A program made the translations under genes and the position numbers. Shown piece after piece: positions 38,439-45,732 of a stretch of DNA of 64,000 nt. Where the stretch lies: the IMG/VR virus record IMGVR_UViG_3300011375_000006; one strand, written 5' to 3'. This DNA is from an uncultured virus (IMG/VR IMGVR_UViG_3300011375_000006) (Duplodnaviria; Heunggongvirae; Uroviricota; Caudoviricetes). Position 1 is the stretch's first letter, and the number at the start of each line of letters is the position of its first letter. The notes beneath the pieces are model-generated. The model was not told the origin of the DNA, searched no databases, and was given only the letters and a program-made list of their open reading frames with translations.

Positions 38439-38610
38439 CGGCTTCTTTCTGCACTTCTTCAAACCGATCTTTGATTTTATTGAAGGCGTTGATGAACGCA
38501 CTGCCGCGATCACTTACGTTATTGAAAGCGCCTGCTTTAGCCATCTCCAGAACCGCCTGGTAGGCGGCATCTACAGGATAGAGCACTACATCAACATTAC
38601 TGTTAGACAT
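38425..38610 (-). CDS. Counter-oriented small moron protein
   Basis: AAGGA RBS; P..AAYQ.VLE..KAG.F. Confidence 0.55.
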   Translation of the reverse strand: MSNSNVDVVLYPVDAAYQAVLEMAKAGAFNNVSDRGSAFINAFNKIKDRFEEVQKEAANQK

Positions 38611-38789
38611 TGTCTATTTCCTTAAATTGCCTGTGGAATAAGCAATTTAGCAGTTTCCTTTGTCTGTGGAAAGTGAAGGAAATCACGCGCCGGGCGTGGC
38701 TAAACATCCCGGCAATCATTCAAAGGTCGCTTAGGCGGCCTTTTTTATTAGCAACGTTAACAGAGGTGAGGGATATCAAATACCGATTA

Positions 38790-38928
38790 AGCGCTGTGTA
38801 TTCATTCTTCTGAGTGGATACACCGAGCAATATCGCTCGTAATCAGTCAGGAGCGAAGACCTGTCTGGTTAGATTGAGAAATCATCCCTTGATGTTTATT
38901 TGCCCGGCTTAATGTCGGGCATTTTTTT
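38790..38928 (+). ncRNA. Candidate Hfq-type sRNA in the pL operon
   Basis: Several hairpins, single-stranded AAATCATCCCTTGATGTTTATTT, then terminator GCCCGGC-TTAAT-GTCGGGC-ATTTTTTT; no ORF. Confidence 0.55.
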
Positions 38929-38997
38929 AGCTGCATCTGAGTAATGGTTAATCAGCCATTAGCCACATGCAATCACACAATCAACAGGAGCATACCC

Positions 38998-39171
38998 ATG
39001 CAAGCACTAGCAATTGCAGGGGCGGCATCGGTTCGCCCTTTCGACCCAATTTTATCTATTCAGCATTCACGCAAACATATTTTAACAGGCGCTGACTTTA
39101 AACAACCCCGCCTTAAAAGCTGGCTTGAGCGCCTTGTTGAGTTCCTGAACCAAAAGGCAATGCAGCCATGA
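38998..39171 (+). CDS. CIII-like protein
   Basis: MQA.AIAG start and W..RL...LNQ end resemble lambda CIII; AGGAG RBS; position. Confidence 0.55.
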   Translation: MQALAIAGAASVRPFDPILSIQHSRKHILTGADFKQPRLKSWLERLVEFLNQKAMQP

Positions 39172-39261
39172 ATACGCCGTTAAAGACTGGTCAGACGATG
39201 CGTTTATTCGCCTGATGAAAGACCTGTTAAAGCCTGAAAAGAAAGAACAGGAGAAGCAGCA

Positions 39262-39555
39262 ATGAAGCTCTCATTTAAAGAACGTCAGGAACTCGACCAG
39301 ATTGTCGCGACACTGACCGATTACGATAACGAGCAAATCAGTAATCAGGTTGACCGACTGGCTGCCAAAGCCAACCCGTTAATTAGCGCCCTGCTCGACT
39401 TCCAGCCCGACGAATTCACAAAGGATGCGGTATCCATCATGGAAGATGGCGAGGCGCTTGAAGCTGCGTTTATCGCGGTTATTGAGGAGCGTATTAAGTG
39501 GGAATACGCGCTGGGTATTTTCATGAACCGGCACAGTTATAAAGGAGCGGCGTGA
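39262..39555 (+). CDS. Hypothetical protein
   Basis: ORF coupled to the exonuclease gene. Confidence 0.6.
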   Translation: MKLSFKERQELDQIVATLTDYDNEQISNQVDRLAAKANPLISALLDFQPDEFTKDAVSIMEDGEALEAAFIAVIEERIKWEYALGIFMNRHSYKGAA

Positions 39556-40376
39556 TGGAAAGCGGCGTTTATTACAACCTTCCCGCAGATGAATATCACA
39601 GGGACGAGGCAATCGGATCCACTTCAGTTAAATCAATCAGCATCAGTCCGGCAAACCTGTACTTCAACCCATTCAAGGGAAGCAAATCTGCGCATCTGGG
39701 TAGTGCCATTCACTCAGCATTGCTGGAGCCAGATTTATTCAAAAGAGACTACTTGTTAATGCCAGACGTAGCATCAAGAAGCATGAAGGAATACAAAAAC
39801 GCAGCCGAATGGACAAGACCGGATTACATTCTGGTCGGAAGTGAGGTTGAAACAGTAAACCGGATGTTCGATTCATCCAGGCTGAATGACGACTTCATGC
39901 ACTACATGAATACGAAGGGGCATTCAGAAGTATCTGTGTTTGCTGAATGTCCTGAGACGGGCTTAAAACTTAAATGCCGGTTCGACAGACTGTCAGAATC
40001 TCTACCCTACCCCCTTGATATTAAAAGTTGCAGGGATGCAACAGAGCGAGGATTTAGTAACGCATTCGGTCAGTATAAATATCACATTCAGGCGGCCTTC
40101 TATCTTTATGTCCTCAAGCTGGCTACCGGGATTGAATATAACCAGTTCGCATTCTTCGCCATTGAAAACTCGCCGCCTTATCGGAATTGCATGTATTACA
40201 TCGGTGAAGATTCACTGGAGCTTGGTTACCGGGAAATGTTCGCAGCCCTAAAAAAGTTGAAGGAATGCAACGCCGATGAATCATTAAAGTACGAAGGGAT
40301 TGTACTCCCATCAAACGAAATTAACGTTCCGGCCTATTTACTGGATGAAGAATACTCAGATGAGGTAATTCTCTAA
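39552..40376 (+). CDS. RecE/exonuclease VIII-like PD-(D/E)XK nuclease (DUF3799)
   Basis: EYH, GSAIH...LEP, KCRFD, D.KS, YHIQAAFY. Confidence 0.85.
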   Translation: MMESGVYYNLPADEYHRDEAIGSTSVKSISISPANLYFNPFKGSKSAHLGSAIHSALLEPDLFKRDYLLMPDVASRSMKEYKNAAEWTRPDYILVGSEVETVNRMFDSSRLNDDFMHYMNTKGHSEVSVFAECPETGLKLKCRFDRLSESLPYPLDIKSCRDATERGFSNAFGQYKYHIQAAFYLYVLKLATGIEYNQFAFFAIENSPPYRNCMYYIGEDSLELGYREMFAALKKLKECNADESLKYEGIVLPSNEINVPAYLLDEEYSDEVIL

Positions 40377-40957
40377 TGGACCTGTCACGCACAATTATTC
40401 CCAAATCCGACCAGATTAACTTTGAAGATGTTCAGTCACAAAGCATCACTGCCGTAATCAAATCAGTACGCGCCGGTAATTCCGAACAGCCCGTTTTTAT
40501 TGACCTTGAAGGATTTGATGGTCGCCCTTACAAGCCATCTAAATCAATGCGTCGCGTTTTAATCGGTGGCTGGGGCGCTGATGGTCATTCGTGGGTTGGT
40601 CGTTCTCTGACACTTATTGGTGACCCGTCCGTTAAGTTCGGCGGTGTCGCTGTCGGCGGCATCAAGATTTCTGCAATGAGCGATGTTGAAGGTGACTTTT
40701 CTATGATGCTTTCAGTATCTCGCGGTAAGCGACAGGAGCATCGTGTTAAAAGACTTGAGGTGACCAAGAAAATTACCGACCCGCAGGAGATACTCAACTG
40801 GTTTAGCTCCAACGCTTTGAAGGCCGACTTAACGTCATTGAAAACCGCTTACGACCGGGCGAATAAAGCGCTGGAAGGCAATGTAGAGCACCTCAATAAA
40901 CTCAAAGAAGTTTACGAGATAAGGCAAAAAGAGCTCGAACAAAATGTACAGGCGTAA
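40376..40957 (+). CDS. Putative recombination partner (candidate SSAP/SSB)
   Basis: TI.PKSDQ.N.ED, KP.KSMRRVL...WG.D...W.G; sits in the RecT/Bet slot. Confidence 0.5.
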   Translation: MDLSRTIIPKSDQINFEDVQSQSITAVIKSVRAGNSEQPVFIDLEGFDGRPYKPSKSMRRVLIGGWGADGHSWVGRSLTLIGDPSVKFGGVAVGGIKISAMSDVEGDFSMMLSVSRGKRQEHRVKRLEVTKKITDPQEILNWFSSNALKADLTSLKTAYDRANKALEGNVEHLNKLKEVYEIRQKELEQNVQA

Positions 40958-41153
40958 AGATATTTACGCAGTTCGAAGCAATCAACTCAGCCAGGGAAGG
41001 CCATGGTCAGACAAGGAAATAGAAACAGTTAAGCGCCTCGCCGGAACAATCAAAACCAAAGCAATCGCTCGCAAAATCAACCGCTCATATGAATCTCTGC
41101 GCCAGATGGCAAAGCGCGAAGGGATTCGCTTTGTCCGAAGGAACACATCATGA
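40944..41153 (+). CDS. Small HTH/Myb-like protein
   Basis: W...E...., IARKINRS..S.R..A. Confidence 0.6.
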   Translation: MYRRKDIYAVRSNQLSQGRPWSDKEIETVKRLAGTIKTKAIARKINRSYESLRQMAKREGIRFVRRNTS

Positions 41154-41311
41154 ATGGTCAATACAACCCCGATATATCCCCCGGCGACCTGGTAATTCGT
41201 CGCAGATTTAAGCCAATGCCAGACCGCGAAGAATTACTCAAACGCCACAGTTTTCCCGGCCCGGATGATAACCGCTACATCAGCCTGATGATTAAAGGAG
41301 TGCGGAAATGA
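41150..41311 (+). CDS. 53-aa lambdoid protein (DUF2737-like)
   Basis: YNP.I.P.DL..R....PMP.REELLKR.SFP. Confidence 0.6.
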   Translation: MNGQYNPDISPGDLVIRRRFKPMPDREELLKRHSFPGPDDNRYISLMIKGVRK

Positions 41312-41730
41312 CAGATAACAATAAACATCTGGTTCGTGTTGGACACGAATTTGAGGCGGCAATGAGTGACGACACGCCGATCATCACGATTGCGAAGATG
41401 GTGACCGAGCTTGCATCGGCGCTGGACGTGCAGAGTGCGCGTAGTGATGCGCTGGATGTTGATAATTCGGCGCTTAACAAGTTCATCAAAGATGATTGCT
41501 GGATTTGGGATGACAAGAGTGAAGAGTATTTCGACGCTGCTGACTGTATGCCAGAAACCCCCGCAACGGGCGCATGGGTGAACGAACAGCGGGCGGCGGG
41601 TGCGACTCGGGTCGAAACCAATTTACGGGCTTGCTATGAAGAATTCCCCGAATCATCACGGGACATCGTAGACGAGTGCATCCAAATCGCTGCCAATGCC
41701 GCAGCACAGCTTCGCGGGGGCCAGGTATGA
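41308..41730 (+). CDS. Eae-like protein
   Basis: ELAS.LDV, ETPAT.AW..E.RA.G, AAQLR.G. Confidence 0.65.
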   Translation: MTDNNKHLVRVGHEFEAAMSDDTPIITIAKMVTELASALDVQSARSDALDVDNSALNKFIKDDCWIWDDKSEEYFDAADCMPETPATGAWVNEQRAAGATRVETNLRACYEEFPESSRDIVDECIQIAANAAAQLRGGQV

Positions 41731-42482
41731 TCCATTACCACGGCGGGCCAATAACGCCCGACACCTGCGCGCTAAAGGCGTGGCGAGCGAGGCACGCTTT
41801 CATCTCGTTCGCCCATGCCGGCCAGATAAATCTCGCATCTGAATACTGCCAGTCATTCGCATTGGACAACGGTGCATTCACAGCATGGAAAGCAGCTGGC
41901 AAAAACAAAATCGACTGGAGTGATTATTACGAGTTCGTCGCGAGATGGAAAAACCACCCTGGCTTTGATTTTGCGATCATTCCTGACGTCATCGACGGCG
42001 GCGAGGACGAGAACGAGTCGCTACTGGATGAGTGGCCGCACGGCGCGTTTTTCGGCGTTCCGGTCTGGCACATGAACGAATCCGATGGGCGTTTTATCAG
42101 GCTCTGCAATGAATATCCGCGCGTAGCAATCGGTAGTTGCGGTGACTACGACGTTAAACGCCCAAACCTCGCCGTGGCGCGGATGAAAGACCTGATTCGC
42201 CACGTCACTGACGATCACGGCCAGCCGATTACTAAGCTGCACGGCTTGCGGATGCTTAACCCGCTAATTTTCACCAAACTGCCCCTCGCGAGCGCCGACA
42301 GTACGAACGTTGCCAGGAATATCGGCATCGACAAGGCCTGGTCAGGAGCATACGCGCCAGCAAGCAAAGAGACGCGCGCCGCGCTGATGGTTGAGCGGAT
42401 CGAGTCACATAACAGCCCCGGCTCACTCGCGTACTGCGAGAAACGAGACCGGTTCGACTTTCAATTACAGCTGGCGGTGTGA
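41727..42482 (+). CDS. TGT/DpdA-like TIM-barrel protein
   Basis: LDNGAF, PDVI, PVWH, HGL and SADST motifs in TGT-like order. Confidence 0.55.
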   Translation: MIHYHGGPITPDTCALKAWRARHAFISFAHAGQINLASEYCQSFALDNGAFTAWKAAGKNKIDWSDYYEFVARWKNHPGFDFAIIPDVIDGGEDENESLLDEWPHGAFFGVPVWHMNESDGRFIRLCNEYPRVAIGSCGDYDVKRPNLAVARMKDLIRHVTDDHGQPITKLHGLRMLNPLIFTKLPLASADSTNVARNIGIDKAWSGAYAPASKETRAALMVERIESHNSPGSLAYCEKRDRFDFQLQLAV

Positions 42483-42483
42483 A

Positions 42484-43140
42484 ATGACCATGACAGCAGA
42501 ACAACTGGCGCAACTGCGCGAAGTTGGCGAAAAACGGTTTCTTTTCACTGCGACCGTGAAACATGTGGAAGGGTATCAGACGTTCTTTGTGGACGCGGAA
42601 ACACAGGAAAAAGCCGAGGCCGGAATCGAAAATGGCGAGGGGCAGATTTACGAGCAGGAGCTGGATGTTACCGACCTTGACGACTTCATACTTGACCGCG
42701 TGACCACCACTGATGATTTCGGCGACTACCCGCCAATATCTGAAGCTGACCTGGTGCGTATGGAATACAACGCGGCGCTTTGCGAGATGCTACCCGGCAT
42801 CCAGTACATGGATCTGCCAGACGGAGGAAGCGTTACGCCTCTGGAGCAAATGCGCCGGATGGTTGCTGATTATCGCCAGCGGATCGCTGAACTGGAGTCG
42901 ACAAAACGGGATTCCGCAAGATGGTTCAAGGCGTTTGAAAAAGCTGTTTCCGTTGGTGCCCGGTATGAGGAGCGCATAGCTGAACTGGAAGCGCGGACGG
43001 TCACTGTGAAGTTGCCCGAATCGCCAGGCCCAATGTCTTTAGGCGCAAAAACTGTTTACTGCGGGATTGTGGCGGATGTTGTTGCGTCTTTTCAGCAAGC
43101 CTGCGCAGCTGCTGGCATCAATTTAACGGTGGAGGGGTGA
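42484..43140 (+). CDS. Ead/Ea22-like mosaic protein
   Basis: YMD.PDGG.VT..EQ, RIAELEARTV.VKLP, AAGI. Confidence 0.6.
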   Translation: MTMTAEQLAQLREVGEKRFLFTATVKHVEGYQTFFVDAETQEKAEAGIENGEGQIYEQELDVTDLDDFILDRVTTTDDFGDYPPISEADLVRMEYNAALCEMLPGIQYMDLPDGGSVTPLEQMRRMVADYRQRIAELESTKRDSARWFKAFEKAVSVGARYEERIAELEARTVTVKLPESPGPMSLGAKTVYCGIVADVVASFQQACAAAGINLTVEG

Positions 43141-43145
43141 GGGAT

Positions 43146-43328
43146 ATGAAACTTGAATTTACTCCGGCCCAACTTGAGGCTCTTAAACGCCTGACTGATG
43201 ACGTCGATTCTATGATTGGTTGCGGTGAATCCGAGTCGGATACGACATGGGCAAAGAACGTTGACTTAATAGACCGGATGTTAAAGAAAAACGGCCTTTC
43301 ACGATATTTTAAGCAGGAGCGGGACTAA
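43146..43328 (+). CDS. Hypothetical protein
   Basis: ORF with GAGG RBS in the operon. Confidence 0.5.
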   Translation: MKLEFTPAQLEALKRLTDDVDSMIGCGESESDTTWAKNVDLIDRMLKKNGLSRYFKQERD

Positions 43329-43330
43329 CC

Positions 43331-44161
43331 ATGACAATCAACGAACGCGTATCAGATGAGCGCATCGCGAATCTAATCGAAGTGCTGAGCTTTTATTCAC
43401 CAGAAGATAAGCACCTGGCTAACAATGAGTCAGAACTGGCGTCAGCGCTACGCGAGCTACAGCAGTACCGCGCCGCCGCTGAGAAGCCGGTAGCCTGCAT
43501 TGACCGGGCTAACCTGGATTACTTTGATTCTGGAGCTGGCGCTGATGTCTGGCCTGCATCAGAGTCTGATTCAGATGATGTGTTGCTCTACGCAGCACCA
43601 CAGTTACCGCAGCCAGCGCCGGTAGCTGTGCCTGATGAGATGGAAATGGATGATGACTTTGATAGCGCGTTTGAACACGGAAAAGCTGTTGGCTGGAACG
43701 CCTGCCGCGCCGCCATGCTTCAGGGTAAAGCCGAACCTGTTAGCCAGCCTTACACGTTGCCGTTGGACTACCTGCAAGGCTACAAAGACGGTTGCGAGTG
43801 GTCCGCTCTAATGGCAGAAGCTAATCATCCGCAAACAGGTGACTGGCTTTACGATGATCCACTGGAGTTAGCTAAAGCTATCCGCAAGGGGCCGGATATG
43901 TTGCCAACAGCGCCTGATTTTCGGGAAATCCCGAATTCGTCAACCAACAATTGTCGGGAAAACGCGGATTCGTCAACCAAATGCTGGTGTCACACCTGCC
44001 GCCCGGTAACGATGACCGATATGCGATTCGTCGTGTGCCCTGAATGTGGAAACAAGCGCTGCCCTCACGCTAATGACCACAGGAACGCTTGCACCGGAAG
44101 TAATGAACCTGGACAGGAAGGCAGCGCATACCCCGACGCACCGAAGCAGGAGGCTGAATGA
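43331..44161 (+). CDS. Eaa-like mosaic protein with C-terminal Cys cluster
   Basis: PVA, LYAAPQ, GWNACRAAML, CPECGNKRCPHANDH. Confidence 0.7.
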   Translation: MTINERVSDERIANLIEVLSFYSPEDKHLANNESELASALRELQQYRAAAEKPVACIDRANLDYFDSGAGADVWPASESDSDDVLLYAAPQLPQPAPVAVPDEMEMDDDFDSAFEHGKAVGWNACRAAMLQGKAEPVSQPYTLPLDYLQGYKDGCEWSALMAEANHPQTGDWLYDDPLELAKAIRKGPDMLPTAPDFREIPNSSTNNCRENADSSTKCWCHTCRPVTMTDMRFVVCPECGNKRCPHANDHRNACTGSNEPGQEGSAYPDAPKQEAE

Positions 44162-44355
44162 TGCGCACCGTAGAGTTGACTAACGCGGCGCTGGTATTCA
44201 CCGACGCAGCAACCGGTCAGGGATATCTTCGCGTTCTGAACGAGTGGGAAGCCAAACTGGTTTCTGCACAACTTACCGCGCTGGATGATGGCGAAATGAA
44301 AGCCGTCCCTGTTCACCCGGTAGAGATTCGCAAGATGAAGCCGGGCGGTGAGTGA
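44158..44355 (+). CDS. Hypothetical protein
   Basis: Translationally coupled ORF. Confidence 0.55.
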   Translation: MMRTVELTNAALVFTDAATGQGYLRVLNEWEAKLVSAQLTALDDGEMKAVPVHPVEIRKMKPGGE

Positions 44356-44693
44356 TGCCTGAATCAGCAGCAGTACGCAAAGCAAAGCAGCGTGCCCGCC
44401 AGGCCGCCGCTGGTGAGCGCAAGCTTGAATTGACGCTCGATGCGCAGGAGCTGGAAATGCTGGCGCGTAACTGCGCCGCCCGGCGCCCCGGCAAAGACCC
44501 ATACGACATGGCGGAGTATATCTCGTTGTTGATTCGCCAGGACGATGCCCGCGCCCGTGGCCGCATTAAGTCGATCAGCACCAGGCAATGTGGCAAGTGC
44601 GGCGATCGGCTCCCGGTAAATAGTTGCCCCTGCCAGGGTGATTCACAATGCTGGGTAACCAGCGGATGGCATGAAGTTAAGTTAGTAGTGTGA
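44352..44693 (+). CDS. Putative RHH-like/Zn-finger DNA-binding protein typical of epsilon15-like phages
   Basis: RKA.QRARQ...G.RKLEL.LD, EYI.LLIR.D, CGKCG....C.C. Confidence 0.6.
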   Translation: MMPESAAVRKAKQRARQAAAGERKLELTLDAQELEMLARNCAARRPGKDPYDMAEYISLLIRQDDARARGRIKSISTRQCGKCGDRLPVNSCPCQGDSQCWVTSGWHEVKLVV

Positions 44694-44745
44694 CATGTCA
44701 CGGAAACGTAACCGCAACCCTCTTGCAATAATCGCCTCCTGATTA

Positions 44746-44764
44746 TACTGTTTATGCATACAGT
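44746..44764. promoter_or_regulatory. LexA (SOS) box overlapping a -10 element
   Basis: TACTGTTTATGCATACAGT; TATACT at 44744-44749. Confidence 0.8.
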
Positions 44765-44781
44765 GTTTATCGGGAGGCATC

Positions 44782-45102
44782 ATGATTATTCGCTATCTCC
44801 TTGAGTCAAAATATTTCATTCTTTCGCCCGGCGACGTTCTGAAGTCGTCCGTCCTGTGCGCCGACCAGGATAAACAGATTTTCGTGATCTGGTATTGCTC
44901 GCCAGGCTGGCACGTCGCGGAGTACCTCTGGCACCGGCGCTGGGAAAAACTGACCAGCAATGTCTTTGAGAATGAGGCCTACGCCTACCAGTACGCGGTT
45001 GATTTCTTCATGGCCAGGCGGGAAAAGAAATTGCCGCCGCGAATGTCGTTTGACGCGCATCTTGAGCAGCTTGGCGTAAAAGTTCACGGTATTGCGCTAT
45101 AG
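44782..45102 (+). CDS. Hypothetical protein, probably SOS-regulated
   Basis: GGAGG RBS just downstream of the LexA box. Confidence 0.65.
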   Translation: MIIRYLLESKYFILSPGDVLKSSVLCADQDKQIFVIWYCSPGWHVAEYLWHRRWEKLTSNVFENEAYAYQYAVDFFMARREKKLPPRMSFDAHLEQLGVKVHGIAL

Positions 45103-45122
45103 CGGTAACAGCATGGTATTCT

Positions 45123-45139
45123 GTTACCATTGCGGTAAC
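45123..45139. promoter_or_regulatory. TTACC-N5-GGTAA operator upstream of terS
   Basis: GTTACCATTGCGGTAAC; same palindrome at 48405-48421. Confidence 0.6.
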
Positions 45140-45156
45140 AATTTCGTGAGGATGCC

Positions 45157-45732
45157 ATGGCGAAACGACCATCAACACAGTTTAAGCATCTGACGGTTAT
45201 CCAGGAGGCTTACTGTCAGGAGTACATCAAATCCCCTGAGAATCAGACTCAGGCGGCGATTAATGCAGGTTATTCACCCAAGACAGCCGCAAAGTTTGCC
45301 AGTCAGAATATGCGTGATGAGCGCATCCAGAAACGGATTGCTGAGTTGATGACTGAGCGTAACAAACGCCTGAAGGTCAGTGCGGATTATGTCCTGAACC
45401 GGCTGGTGGAGATCGACCAGATGGACGTGATCGACATCCTCAATGACGACGGTGGATTAAAGCCGATCAGTCAGTGGCCAAAGATATGGCGCACCACGCT
45501 GAGTGGACTGGATATCTCGACAACGATCACCAACTTCGACGAAACCACGCTGGAAAACATGCTCAAGAAAATCAAATGGCCGGACAAGGTGAAGAACCTC
45601 GAGCTGATTGGTAAGCACGTCGACGTCAACGCGTTCAAAGACCGCGTGGAGGTATCAGGCACGGTCACCATTGCCGACCGCATGGCAGCCGCCAGGAAGC
45701 GCCTGAAAGAACGGCAGGGCGGTGAACAGTGA
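45157..45732 (+). CDS. terS: Terminase small subunit (podovirus module)
   Basis: N.TQAAI.AGYS.KTA, KIKWPDKVKNLELIGKH. Confidence 0.9.
   Translation: MAKRPSTQFKHLTVIQEAYCQEYIKSPENQTQAAINAGYSPKTAAKFASQNMRDERIQKRIAELMTERNKRLKVSADYVLNRLVEIDQMDVIDILNDDGGLKPISQWPKIWRTTLSGLDISTTITNFDETTLENMLKKIKWPDKVKNLELIGKHVDVNAFKDRVEVSGTVTIADRMAAARKRLKERQGGEQ

Larger units (their letters stand above)
480..44161. mobile_element. Lambdoid-regulated myovirus prophage portion (left boundary approximate; no int/xis seen)
   Basis: Contiguous tail-head-lysis-Q-nin-replication-immunity-recombination-ea gene order. Confidence 0.9.

Noticed and set aside
39168..39265. Small gene between the cIII-like gene and 39262
   Set aside because: The protein-like frame (..KDWSDDAFIRLMKDL..) lacks a nearby in-frame start; may be frameshifted but cannot be confirmed.
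44690..44701. Chromosomal matS site
   Set aside because: matS is 13 bp (GTGACRNYGTCAC); this palindrome is 12 bp.
41300..45156. Integrase/excisionase at the end of the pL operon
   Set aside because: No ORF of suitable size with tyrosine-recombinase (R..HxxR..Y) or serine-recombinase motifs.
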